A stretch of 63,933 nt of DNA, filler included, from Chrysochromulina tobinii (lineage: Eukaryota), in the NCBI GenBank assembly GCA_001275005.1. It is 6 parts of 6 records of this genome, joined end to end, with 100 filler letters (N's around TTAATTAATTAA, not from the genome) between each part and the next. Parts side by side here need not be neighbours in the genome. Positions count along the whole stretch, not along the records: positions 1 to 25,610 come from JWZX01000999.1; 5 more parts are not named here. One strand, given 5' to 3'. The notes beneath the pieces are model-generated. The model saw nothing but the letters and a program-made list of their open reading frames with translations, did no database searches and was not told where the DNA came from. The position numbers were made by a program, and so were the translations under genes. This document shows, piece by piece, positions 1 through 11,469 of the stretch. Numbering within the stretch: the stretch's first letter is position 1; the number at the start of each line of letters is the position of its first letter.

Positions 1-196
1 CATACCAATACGGCACCATCTGAGCAATCCCCAAAAATCGTCAATACCGTTACAGACTACCCCGCGACGGTGCATCGGCACTATCGATTAGTCATCACAC
101 GTCTGGAGTTCACGCTCGTGTCCCTCTGCACGTCCTGGTCGCGAACCGACTGACTGAGGCAGGTTTGGCAAGAGACATAAGTACATAGTACTGTGG

Positions 197-1942
197 ATGG
201 CGTCGCCGCCGTCGCCGTCGACGCCGCGTCGTGAAAGCAGCCTCGATCCCTCGCTACTCACGCGTGCGTCCACAGGCGGGATGTCGTGGGTCCGGCACGA
301 TAGCATCGATCGTGCGCGTCATAGGACTGACTTTGAGATCTTGGCTGTGCTGGGCTCCGGTGCGTTTGGCACAACACACAGGGTGAGGAATCGTGTCGAC
401 TCACGCGAGTACGCATTGAAGAGTGTCAAGCTCAGCTCGACCGTCGACTCTGAGAAGCGGAACAAGGTGCTTCGCGAGGTGGAGCTCCTCTCACGGCTGA
501 ACAGCGACAACGTCGTGCGGTACTATTCTGCTTGGGTGGAGAAGGGCGACGCGTCCGCAAGGCTCACAGACGTCGAATCGTTGAGCACGTCAGAGCCGAG
601 CGCTTCGGTTTCGGTTTCGGCCGCCGCAGCATGCGAGGACCCCGTGTGCAACCTGTGCAGCTCGACTTACAAGGATTGGGAGGTGGGCTTCGAGCAGTGG
701 GGTCTGCTCGATGCTGTGCTACAGCCGCTCAGCCTTTGCAGCCAGTGCTACATGAGCAGCCTGCCGCCTGGAGAGGACCACTCGTCGATTACGGTGCGCG
801 AGAAGACGGTGCTGCACGATTATCTCTTCATCCTGATGGAGCTGTGCGATTCCACATTACGCGACGAGGTTCAGAAGCATGATGGTGAAGCAGCCCCCAT
901 CTGGTCGCTGTTCGCTCAGTGTGTGCAGGGCCTTGCGTACGCTACAACACTCGAACTTGCATCCCTCGAACCTCGAGCCTAGCGGCCCAGCGCACCTACC
1001 AGGATAGCACGTGCCTTGACCGACCGTTGTTCACATGCGCGCGTCGTGCACATACCGGTAGGCACATCCACTCGAAAGGGGTGATCCACCGCGATGTCAA
1101 GCCCACCAACATCTTCTGCCAGGCAGGCGTCGCTAAGATTGGGGACCTTGGCCTGGCCACGTACGTTCCGTCAGCCGTGCAGCCGGTGGCGCTCAGCGGT
1201 GGGGCGGCTGATGATCCACTCGCCCTGAGCGTCGGGGACACTCAGATGAAACTGACCGACGTCGGCACCTTCCTGTACACCAGCCCCGAGGTTGCGACAG
1301 AGGTGTACGATGAGAAGTGCGACGTCTTCTCGCTCGGAGTGGTGCGTTGGCTGCCCTCTGATGGCGCCTCTCATTGGCCTCTGATGGCGCCTCTCATTGG
1401 CTTCTGATAGCCTCGACCTCTCATTGCGTTGCTCATTAGGTGCTCGTCGAAATGTTCTTCAAGTTTGGGACGGCGATGGAGCGCGCCAAGGTGGGATCGC
1501 CTCACCGATTGCCTCCCTCATCAGGGGCGATGGAGCGCGCCAAGGATGCTCCCTGATGGCCTCTGATGGCCTCCCTCATCAGGTGCTCGGCCGGCTGCGC
1601 CTCGACGGCTCGTTGCCTGCAGCGTGGGTGGAGGCATATCCAGTCCAAGCACGCCTTGCTGCACGGATGGTGGCCCATGATCCCACCGCGCGCCCGTCGT
1701 GTGGGGAGATTTTGGGTGAGTTGCTTGAAGAGGGCTTATGGGTACGTCCGACACCAGCGGCGGTGGAGAGTATTGTCGGCCATCTGCAGAAAGAGGTTGC
1801 TGGGCTGAAGGTGAGGCTACAGACGAGAGATGCAGAGGTGGCGGCGCTACGCAGCCTCCTGGATGCGAGTGGCATCACGCACGACCACATTCCCACGGAC
1901 ACACACACAGTTGGCCGCGAGGACGGTAGCTCCGACGAGTGA
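197..1942 (+). CDS. eIF2-alpha kinase family (GCN2/PERK/HRI-like) Ser/Thr kinase; exons 197-936, 1062-1341, 1440-1490, 1583-1942
   Basis: LGSGAFG, YALKSV, VVRYYSAWVE, a long kinase insert, LFILMELC, IHRDVKPTNIF, KIGDLGLA, GTFLYTSPE and DVFSLGVV motifs; GT-AG introns join the three ORFs in frame. Confidence 0.9.
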
Positions 1943-2430
1943 CGAGTGAGGGGAGAGCGCGACTCAAGACCGTGAGAAGTGGTTGTGGCGCCCGGGCCCT
2001 CGTTGTCGGGGCGAGATTGTATCTCCAATCTCGGGTCGGCCGGGTTGGTGTAGCGTAGTCGCGTACAGGTCTCAGGTGCGAGGTGGCGCCAATTCAGCGA
2101 GTTTAGGGCAGATTTCATGTGATGATGATCATCCCTCAGATTCCTAGTACACGTAGGCGCCACGGCCACGCGCGGATCAATGGCGCGGGGAGGATCCGGG
2201 CGGTCCGCGCGGCGCACATGCCCCACCACGCGATCTCAATCCCGTTGCACGCGCATGGCCGAAGATCACGTCACACACGAGTGTCCGGCGCCGAACAACT
2301 AAACACATGCCTTGCTTGTAGGGAGGTGCAGACGGGGACTAGGTTTCATTGACGAACGTGGTTTGAAGATGGTTCATTGTTCGCCGGCGACATATATGAC
2401 TGGCGGTTCATTGGCGCCTAGGAAGTACGC

Positions 2431-3000
2431 CTACCGCAACGGTGCTGTGTACGACTTCGAGATGACCAGGAAGGGCTCCGACTTGGTGCCATTTGCCGCG
2501 GAGGCGGAGCTGGTGGTATTGCCCTTTTTGCAGGAGCCGCTAAAGGGCCAGCGGAAAAGGGGCAGCTTGGGGGCACGCAGGAGGCGCGCGCAGCAGCACG
2601 AGCACTTCTCAGGGATGATGGCCGCGCCCTCCGCGTCAAGGCTCAGGTCGACGACATAGGTGCCAACGACGAGGCGCGTCTCGCCGCCCTTGCGGATCTC
2701 GGTGTAGAAATTGAGGGTGGGTGTCTTCTTCCAGCCCTTTTGGGGCTTGATGAGGTAGTGGTCGAAGGTTTCGTTGACCTTGACGAACTGCTTGAAGATG
2801 GGAAAGTCGCACTCAAAGCCCTCCTTTTCCGAGGTGACGCCGAGTCCGACTGCGTCCGCCACCTCCTGCTTCGACCAGGCGACGGTCATATCGGTGCGCA
2901 GCGCGACAACCTTGCTCAAGATTACGAGGCGGGCGCCCGTGGTGACCGGCACGCCGTCCGCGCCACGCTCGGCCTCCGTGAGAGTGAATGTGGCCGACAT
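2431..3000 (-). CDS. hypothetical protein
   Basis: 189-aa ORF from the ATG at 3000 with coding-like GC3 bias; no recognised motif. Confidence 0.6.
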   Translation of the reverse strand: MSATFTLTEAERGADGVPVTTGARLVILSKVVALRTDMTVAWSKQEVADAVGLGVTSEKEGFECDFPIFKQFVKVNETFDHYLIKPQKGWKKTPTLNFYTEIRKGGETRLVVGTYVVDLSLDAEGAAIIPEKCSCCCARLLRAPKLPLFRWPFSGSCKKGNTTSSASAANGTKSEPFLVISKSYTAPLR

Positions 3001-3228
3001 GAACGAAGTTTCGTGTGAATTTGGAATAAAGAGGGGAGGATTATTTCGTCTCCTCCCCCCCCCCTTGATAAGGGATGTCATTGCACCCGGAGATCAGAAT
3101 CTCGTCTTCGGAGCTTTTTCATAATCCCGGGGTTTATCCATGGAGACGTCGGGGGTCTCGGGGGGTCGGTCGCCCTCTGCGCCCTCTGCGCTGCGCCTGC
3201 GCGCGCTGCGCGCGCCCGGTTCGCCTAG

Positions 3229-3975
3229 ATGCTAATTGACGACGTTCGGGTTGCCCTACGTGCTCGGTCCACGCTGCTGCCCGCGATGCATGCCGAGGGA
3301 ACAACTTGCTACCGCTTGTTCCATGGCAGCGTGGAGGGCGCTCCCGGCTGCACGCTCGATCGGTACGGCGACCTGCTGCTCTGGCAAACCTTCCGGGAAC
3401 CGCCCGACGACCAGCTCGCGCTCTTGGAGCGGCTCAGAGACGCTGTTGAGGACGAGACTGGCGTGGCCCTCAGTGCTCTTTATTGGAATGCGCGTGCTAA
3501 GCGCCAACAAGCCGCGAGCGTGAGCAGCACGATGGTACCGCCTCCCGCTCCGCTGCTTCGGGCAGACCACACGGCGAGCGAGCTCGGGCTGCACTATCTT
3601 GTGGATGTACCTGAGCAAGGCCGCGACCCAGGGCTGTACCTCGACTTTCGCGCTGCGCGCCGCTACCTGCGCGAGCACTCGCGTGGTAAGAGCGTCCTCA
3701 ACCTCTTTGCCTTCACGTGCGGTGCTGGGGTTGCTTCACTTGCCGGTGGCGCCAGTGCCGTAGTCAATGTGGACCACTCGGAAGCCTCGCTCCGGATCGG
3801 GCGCCGCAATTGCGTGCTCAACGGGCTCCACGAGGCGGCCTTCGAGTGCATCGGTAGTGATGCGCTCCCGGCGCTCCGTCAGTACGCCGGGATGCCCCTT
3901 AACGACTTCCGAAGGGGTCGGGGCAGCAGCGGCGGCGGGCGCGGGCAGCGCGGGCAGCGCGGGCGTGGGCCCATG

Positions 3976-4008
<33 letters not shown>

Positions 4009-4356
4009 AGCGGCGGCTTGCCTGCGTACCCAAAGCTGCCTCCACGCCAATTCGACCTTGTCGTCCTCGACCCGCCCACGTGGACCAAGAGCCGCTTCGG
4101 GGCGATCGATCTCGTCCGAGATTACCAATCGATGTTCAAGCCATGTGTGCTGGCCACGAAGCCTGGTGGCACAGTGCTCGCGGTCAACCATGCGTCCACA
4201 GTCTCGCTTGAGGAGTTCACGGACGTGCTCGAGCGATGTGCTCACAAGGCTGGCCGCCCACTTGCAGATCTGACAGTGCTCCCGCCGGAGATCGATTTCC
4301 CGTCGCCCGATGGCAAGCACACGACGAAAATGGTGCTCGCGAGACTGGCCGAGTGA
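3229..4356 (+). CDS. SAM-dependent RNA methyltransferase, RlmI/RlmK-like
   Basis: YRLFHG, LDRYGD, GLYLDFR, VLNLFAFTCG and FDLVVLDPP motifs; Gly/Arg-rich insertion. Confidence 0.9.
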
Positions 4357-4676
4357 AGAACTGCAACGGCTCTGTAACGGCTCTGTCGCGGCTCTGTCCT
4401 GTTACACGGTCCCCGAGTCCCGAGAAGAGAGTCGCGGGGACGGTGTCGGTGATAGCGGGCGCTGGCGTGGTGGATTATATTTTTATAACACGGATTCAGG
4501 ATCATTCATAATATAATAAATAAGTCGAGTGGATATACCAAAGTACTAAGCTACTAACTCACGACAGGCTACCGCGGACCTTATAGTTTCAAGATTCGTC
4601 TAGTACGGGGGAGTAGGTACCTACTACAGTCGTCTACGCGGTCCGTACCAATGAAACGGACCGACGGCTCTACGGA

Positions 4677-7600
4677 CTACGCATCAACATCCACGCGTTG
4701 GTCAAGTAGAATTCGGCGCATGCCCGCAAGCGACGCCAAGCGGCCGCCAAACTGGCCCTTGACGGCCTCATCGACCCCGCGCACGAAGGCACGCAGCATT
4801 GGCTTGCACTCGGGTCGCCATGCGCACCGGCGCTCGACGAGGCGCCCGAGGCATGCCACGTCATCCAACCGACACGCCTGCACGAGCGCGCGAGCATAGG
4901 CAAGCAGCTCGGTGGGGTCGGGTGGGTTGATGGGGGCGGGGCGGGCGGCGGTTTCCATCACCTCCACTGCCACCACCGCCTCATCCTCTTCGTCCACCGC
5001 CGCCTCCGCCGCCTGCGTCGCCTGCGCCGCTTGCGCCACCGCCGCCTTCGCCGCCTTCGCCGCCTTCGCCGCCTTCGCCGCCTTCGCCGCCTTCGGTATC
5101 GGCGTCCCCCGCGCGTCCCCAACGGACGAATGCGGGCCACAGCCATGCCGCTCCAGCCACGCCCCAATATGAACGCGCATCTCGTCCCAAGGCTCAAGCA
5201 GCTGAGGCGCGGCGCCCGCGACGGCGCTTGACCGCGCGTCGACAGCCGGGGGGCGCGCCCGCGACGGCGCTCCCACCGCTGCCCCCCCCTCGTGCGGGTC
5301 ATTGCCCACGACGGCGCCGTGGGCGTGATCACGCACGGGCCAGTCTGCGGCCGGTGCGTGAGGCGATGGCCCCTTTCTCGAGCCTCCCCGCGCGCCGCCC
5401 GACACAGCGCCGCCCGATACAGCGCCGCCCGACACAGCGCCGCCCGCTGCGGCGCCGACCGCGGCGGTGGGTGGGGCAAGCGACCAGTATCGCTGCTCAA
5501 ACGGCGAGCGGCGCGGCGGCTCCGCCAGATTGCGCGAGATTGGGCGGCCGCGCGAGGCGACGCCCATATTAGGAATAGCAGCTGCCGGACGCGCCATCGG
5601 CGAGCGCTGCGGTGAGCGCGGTGGCGCCGTGATGGGCGCGATCGCAAGGTTGCGCTCGGTTTCGCAGAGGCTGCACGTGAGGAAATCGCGTTGCGCTGGG
5701 TCTACGTGCTCGTAGGTGCACACCTGTGGGGAAGAGGGAGGTGGCGCCGTGGTGAGCGCTTGCATGCCCCGGGGTCTACGTGCTCGTAGGTGCACACCTC
5801 GCATTTCCAGCCACGTGGAGAGGACGCGCCGTGGTGAGCATGCGATGCGCCGCTGTGAGCACATGTGCCGTACGCGGCACCGGCCCCTGTCCCATCAATG
5901 AACGAGGTCGCCGCCGCCGCCGCGGCCACTGCCGCCGCGGTGGCTTGGCGCTTCTGCCGCTGCCTTGCCAACTCGAGACGAAGCGCCTCACCTGATGAAG
6001 GAGACCATCAGAGGTCATCAGAGGCAATCAGAGGCAATCAGAGGCAAATCAGAGGCAAATCATCGCTCGAGACGAAGCGCCCCACCAGGGGCGCCCTCAA
6101 TCTCATCGATGGTCGCCTCGTCCACTTGCGAGCACGAGGGGAGGTGCCAATCTCCGGGGAGGTTCCAATCTCCGGTGGTGCGGAGCTCGCGATCTCCGGG
6201 ACGGAGCTCGTGATCTCCGGTGCGGAGCTCGAAGTCGCCCTCGAAGTCGGAGCCGCGCCCAACGGATGGCCGCACCTCTGATGACCCACTAATTACCCCT
6301 GATGACCCACTAATTACCCCTGATGGGCGCACCTCCGTACTCGTACTGCCGCCGCCGCCGCCGGTAGTGCACTGCCGTGACGCCGCCTGCTCCGGTGGAG
6401 CGGTCATCAGCGGTAATTAGTGGGTCATCAGCGGTAATTAGTGGGTCATCAGGGGTAATTAGTGGGTCATCAGGGGGTAATTCGTGGGTCATCAGGGGGT
6501 AATTACCTGCGCCGGTGGAGCGGCCGGCGGCGGCGCGACGGCCTTTCGTTTGCCATGAGCGAAACTATTGTGGGCCCCTGGCTGCGCAGAAGCGGGTGGC
6601 CATGCTGTTTCCTCACATGCATGTGAGGCCACCCGCGGCAGAGCTTCGGGCCAGGGGCTACTCGCCGCCTTGATCAACGCCTCAGCTGTGGCCCGTCCGA
6701 ATCGAACGCTCAGTGCCGAAACTCCGAGGCTCATTAAGTCCCCACAAGTCCGGAGACCCTCGGAAGTCAGCTGCAGGCATTCCTCGATCCGCAGAGCCGG
6801 CAGCAGGGCCATCACTGGCCGGCCCATGAGAAGCGCCTCCATGTCCGCAGATGAGCGGATCCATCGCACGCTACCCGAGGCTCCCGTCCGCACCGCCACA
6901 CTCGCAGCCAGGATGGCCGTCGTCACATCGGCGGCCACGCCCACGCCGACGGCCGTCAGTAACGGCTCTGCCGCCTCCGCCGCCGCCACCGCCGGCGATG
7001 CCGCGGCATCCGCCGCCGGCGTATCCGCCGCAAACTCAAGGTGCGACGACGAAACCCTAGTTGTGGAACCACGGAGACTCCCTAATATGGAACCGTGGAA
7101 GTTGCCTAATATGGAGCCATGGAGGCTGCCCAGAGCCTCTTCGGACACGTCTGTCGGCCGCAGCGGCTGCAGCAGCACCACTTGGTCCGCGAGGAGGGGA
7201 TAGGCCGATCTCGATGCATGCGGCCACTGCGCGCCGAGCGCTCCGACGAGCTTCTTCTTCATGGCATCCTCCACCGCCACCGTCGCAGACGTAGAGAGGT
7301 CGCCGAGGTCGGGCAGGGCTCGCACGCTGACGAACCATGCTGCCCCATTCGGCACGCTGAACAACGGTACTTCCATATTAGGCACGCTGCCGAACAATGC
7401 CGCCGGCGCAGCGGCCGCGTTGACAGCAGCGAGAGCATGGGCAGCGGCCAGGTGATCAACGTCATCAGCCATCACTTCGTCCACGTCCGCAACATCCATC
7501 TCCCATGCCGCCTCTGCTGCCACCTGTGCTGCCACCTGCGCTGGCGCTGGCGCTGGCGCGGCTGCCGCCTCCTCTCCTACTGCCTCCGCTGGCGGCTCGG

Positions 7601-8156
7601 CTGCCTCGGGCGCCGCCGCCGCCGCCGCCGTTGGTCGCACCCCAAACGCTGCTGGTCGCACCAGGAATCCGGCGAGGGTGCGTTGCTCAGGGTCCTGCAA
7701 CTCGGCCAGGGCGTAGTCGCACTCTGGCAGCCGGCGGCCCTGAGCGGCACTCTCGACGAGCCAGCTCTCGCGTACAGCGAAGATCTGCCGCCCCCTGCGC
7801 TTCGACTCGGCAATGTGCGCAGTGAGCGCCGCGATCTTGGCCGCGGGAAGATTGTTGACCAGCAGGTGCGTCACGACGGAGCCGTGCAGGTACTGCGAAT
7901 ACTGGCCGCCGTGCTGGATGACGAGGTCGCTCAGATCGAGCTGCCTGCTGCTCGAAACGCCATCGAGGTGCAGCACCACGCCACGTAGGCAGTCACTCTG
8001 CTTGGGCACGCTCCGTGCGTACTGGACCTCGAGCTTGCTCTCCTTGTCCCGCATGTAGTCACCATGGCTGGTCCAGCCGCCGCCGCCGCTGAAGCGACGA
8101 TCCTCTTTGTCCTTGCTCGGCGAGAAGCCGGGCACGCCACCTCGGCCTCCACTCAT
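4677..8156 (-). CDS. REV1: REV1-like protein (BRCT, degenerate Y-family polymerase, UBM-like, zinc finger, REV1 C-terminal domain); exons 8156-6507, 6386-6333, 6275-6086, 5991-5798, 5723-4677
   Basis: N-terminal GDYMRDKESKLEVQY before a BRCT domain (VTHLLV, ESWLVES, LPECDY); HhH-like GLRTCGDL; SQVDEAT UBM-like; WKCEVCTY..CSLC; C-terminal helical domain ending QFGGRL; splicing keeps the frame. Confidence 0.8.
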
Positions 8157-8269
8157 TCCTGTGGCCGAAAGTCCGCAACACCAGACGTGGGAAAAAGAAG
8201 TTTGTCAGAAACAGTTACAGGTACTTCGCGGCCACACCCGCGCCCACCACACTCCGTCTCAAAGAACAC

Positions 8270-8968
8270 TTAGAATTTCTCGGTCCATGGACGCAAATCT
8301 ATCTCCTGCGTCCAGCAGGTTTTGGGCTGCTCATGTAGTGCCCAATAGGCCTGAGCAATCGCCGCCGGGTCGAGCAACCCGCCCTTGGCTCGGAGCGCCT
8401 CGAAGGCGGTGTCGCCCACGATCTGCCGGACGAATGGTGTGTCGATCGGCCCGTCGATGATGACATGCGCCACGTGCACGCCGCTCGGACCGAGTTCGCG
8501 CGCGAGGCTCTGAGCCAGGGCGCGTTTGGCGTGCATTGCACCCGCAAAGGCACTAAAGTTTGCCGCGCCGCGCGTGGAAGCCGTAGCACCAGTGAAGATC
8601 AGAGTACCCTCGCCACGTGTAGCCATCCGTGGGCCGAGGGCCTTGGCGAAGTGGAATGCGCTGAGTGCGGCAAGCTCCCAGGTCTTGCGGTACACGCGCT
8701 CCGACGTATCAGCCACGCTGAAGCGCACGTTCGCGCCGATGTTGTGCACAGCGAGCTTCACGGGCCCGCTGCGCGCCTCGACACTGGCCACAAACTTTTC
8801 CACCTCATCTGCCTCTCGAAAGTCGACGGCCGTCATGGTGATGCCCGTTTCGGGCGTGCCTTCGGGAGGGCGCCGCCGCGCGCCATGGACGACCAGCCCG
8901 CGGCGTGCAAAGAGCCGGGCCAGTGCTAAGCCCGTCGACTCGCCGCAGCCCGCGATTATCGCCGACAT
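8270..8968 (-). CDS. short-chain dehydrogenase/reductase
   Basis: GCGESTG Rossmann motif, HNIGAN, IFTGATASTRG, AQSLARELGPSGVHVAHVIIDG, WTQEIDLRP. Confidence 0.92.
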   Translation of the reverse strand: MSAIIAGCGESTGLALARLFARRGLVVHGARRRPPEGTPETGITMTAVDFREADEVEKFVASVEARSGPVKLAVHNIGANVRFSVADTSERVYRKTWELAALSAFHFAKALGPRMATRGEGTLIFTGATASTRGAANFSAFAGAMHAKRALAQSLARELGPSGVHVAHVIIDGPIDTPFVRQIVGDTAFEALRAKGGLLDPAAIAQAYWALHEQPKTCWTQEIDLRPWTEKF

Positions 8969-9329
8969 TTTGCTGCCAGAGAAGTCCACAGGTGTGAATC
9001 GGCTGTTGCCTCCTAAATTGTGAATTATTTTGGACGGGCCCGGTGTCCTCGGTGTCGAATTTTTGTAACCCTTGACTGGTGTACTCTTCCAGGATTGAAT
9101 ATTGTCGGTAAACTATTTTTCGGTAAAGCGCGCTCAAATTCACTTCTCTTTTCTGCCAGGTGTGCGCGACCTGATCTCAGCTTCACTCACAAGCAATGCA
9201 TCGAGCAGGGGGCTGAGGGATGTGTCGAGCTAGCAAGCTGGGGCTGCAAGCTGGGTTGAGCCCTGGGACCTGGGAGCCTTACAATGGTGGCCAACCGCCT
9301 TGTCGTGCTCCCTTGCCACCCCCGATGAC

Positions 9330-10184
9330 CTACTGATGACCTGAGAGGGCGCGGCGCCTGCGCCGGCCCTTGCCATCCCACGGCAATCGTACCAGCGGCT
9401 CGTCGACCAGCAGCAAGCCACCCGTATACGGCAGTCGCCGGAGCCTCGGCCCGAAAATCGCTCCCGCCGCCGCTCCTCCTAAGACCCCCCCCAGATGGCC
9501 CAAGTTGTCAATGTTCGAGCCAGGGAAGAGGCCGAAGGCGGCATTGAGCGCGCAGACCTGGAGCATGGAGGTGAGTGAGTGGGAAACTTGGATGCCCGCG
9601 CTCTCGAAAAAGTCCTTATTGATCTGGAGGAAGGCCATGTGAGCGCCGAGTAAGCCAAAAATGGCGCCGCTTGCGCCGACGGCGACCGGTGACCGGCGCA
9701 TTGCAAAGGAGAGGCAGTTGCCGGCGACACCGGCAACCACGTACGCCGAGATGAAGCGCTTAGAACCATACCAGCGCTCCACCGTCGGTCCGAGGTTGTT
9801 GAGTGACATCGAATTGATGATGAGGTGTGGCACATCAGCATGTAGGCAGCACGCGGTGGCAAGCCGATGGATCTGGCCGCGCTGGATCATCGCGTCGCTC
9901 TTTGCCATCGCCGAATATAGCCCACGCGAAGGAAAGATTCGGTGGAATGCAGGGGCCGTGAGCACGAAAATGCCCGCGTTGAGGTACAGAAGTGCACGTG
10001 TCACCGGCGTGCGCGTTTGCTTGGCATATGGCCTTGATCCGGGCCTCGTGATGAGCTGATGTCGGCGTGCGGCAACTGGCAAACAAGTGGGCGGCTGACA
10101 AGTGGCAAACAAGTCGTGCGGATAGTTGCAGCCACGACTATCAGTGCTTGCGAGGGCCAGGATGGCCAGCAGAGGCACGGCCAT
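9330..10184 (-). CDS. rhomboid family intramembrane serine protease with N-terminal signal peptide
   Basis: LHADVPHLIIN, catalytic GASGAIFG and GHLGG motifs; start MAVPLLAILALA. Confidence 0.9.
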   Translation of the reverse strand: MAVPLLAILALASTDSRGCNYPHDLFATCQPPTCLPVAARRHQLITRPGSRPYAKQTRTPVTRALLYLNAGIFVLTAPAFHRIFPSRGLYSAMAKSDAMIQRGQIHRLATACCLHADVPHLIINSMSLNNLGPTVERWYGSKRFISAYVVAGVAGNCLSFAMRRSPVAVGASGAIFGLLGAHMAFLQINKDFFESAGIQVSHSLTSMLQVCALNAAFGLFPGSNIDNLGHLGGVLGGAAAGAIFGPRLRRLPYTGGLLLVDEPLVRLPWDGKGRRRRRALSGHQ

Positions 10185-10369
10185 CACGCCGGTCGCCGCA
10201 CAAGGGGGAAGCCTAAGTGGCCGTGAATGTGTGCAGTGAATGTGGGTTTCGAAACCATTGGCTGTGAGCGCGTATTCAGCCGCCAGGGCCAAGCCAAGTT
10301 GTGGACCAGCGAAGAAGAGAGGGGAAACTATGATGTGTGAAAGTGAAGCGGCAGACACGGTCGCGGTCA

Positions 10370-11392
10370 TCAACGCTTCACACCGAGCGCTGCGTCCACA
10401 GCGTCCTTGACTCCCTCGAGCACGCTGAACTGGAGTGCGCCGCTCACGAGAGCGCGCGCCACCTTGGGCGCCAGGCCTGCATAGAGGCCCCGCAGGCCCT
10501 CCTCGTCCGCAACTGCCTTGAGCGTCGCGAGCACGCCCGGCGCGGGCTGGTCGGCCGGCAGCGTCATGATGCGCGTGCGCGCCACGTCGAGCGGCGTCGA
10601 GACGCCCTGTGCGGCCATCGTAGCGAGCGCGCCGCCCACCGCAGCCTCCAGCGGGGAGAGCTTCGCGCCACCCTTGCTCCGCCGCCACGCATCCTTGATC
10701 GCACTGTAGAGCACAAACTTGCTCGAGTCCACAGGAAAGGCGTAGGCCACATTGCTGGCGTACCCGCGGTAGAAGCCGCCTGGCCCGATCTCGCGCCAGA
10801 GCGCCGTGGCGGCGGCGGCCGAGTCGCTCTCGCCGCCCGACTGTCGTCGCACCTTGATCACCTCCGCTGGGTTGCGCACGAGCCAATAGACGAGGTTGGC
10901 GCAGCCCACAGCGGCGACGGTGCCACCCGTATCGCCGAGCTGCGGCTTGAGCTGCTGCAGCACGGAATCCTTGATGGCGAAGAAGACAGACGCGGCTGGC
11001 GCACCCGAGACCACCGCCGGTGCAAGCCCTGAGTAGACGTCCTTGTACAGAGCCGGGTCGAGCAGTCCGCGACGTGTGGACGTCAGCTGCAGCCGCGTCT
11101 TGACCGTATCGAGCGGGTGTAACGTCACCTCCTTGATCGTCTTTTGCGCGAAGCCGGCAATGAGCCCAGACAGGAATTCAGTCGATGTGCTCGCATCTGT
11201 GGCGGCGGCGATCGGAGTCATCGTGTAGGCGACCGGCGGTGTGGTGGCACCGGCACGAGCGCCTCCGATAGCGACGGCGGCCGGCGCAAGGAGCACGCCG
11301 CTCACGGCCGAGCGCCGGGATATCTGCGTGCTGCGTAGGGCGTGCGATGCGGGCACGAACAATAGGAGGACACTTAAACTGAGCATCGACAT
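10370..11392 (-). CDS. mitochondrial carrier family protein (SAM-carrier-like), probable plastid targeting
   Basis: three PxD/ExxK/R motifs (PLDTVKTRLQ, PAEVIKVRRQ, PLDVARTRIM); signal peptide plus transit-like N-terminus. Confidence 0.9.
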   Translation of the reverse strand: MSMLSLSVLLLFVPASHALRSTQISRRSAVSGVLLAPAAVAIGGARAGATTPPVAYTMTPIAAATDASTSTEFLSGLIAGFAQKTIKEVTLHPLDTVKTRLQLTSTRRGLLDPALYKDVYSGLAPAVVSGAPAASVFFAIKDSVLQQLKPQLGDTGGTVAAVGCANLVYWLVRNPAEVIKVRRQSGGESDSAAAATALWREIGPGGFYRGYASNVAYAFPVDSSKFVLYSAIKDAWRRSKGGAKLSPLEAAVGGALATMAAQGVSTPLDVARTRIMTLPADQPAPGVLATLKAVADEEGLRGLYAGLAPKVARALVSGALQFSVLEGVKDAVDAALGVKR

Positions 11393-11469
11393 ATGTGGCG
11401 CCACTCAGCAGGCACCTAAACGAAACACAAGTTCTAAATCACACCCCACCAAGTTCACAACATCTAACC

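Noticed and set aside
10185..10886. Long N-terminal extension of the rhomboid ORF overlapping the carrier gene
   Set aside because: Alternate frame of the carrier CDS; the ATG at 10184 precedes a clean signal peptide.
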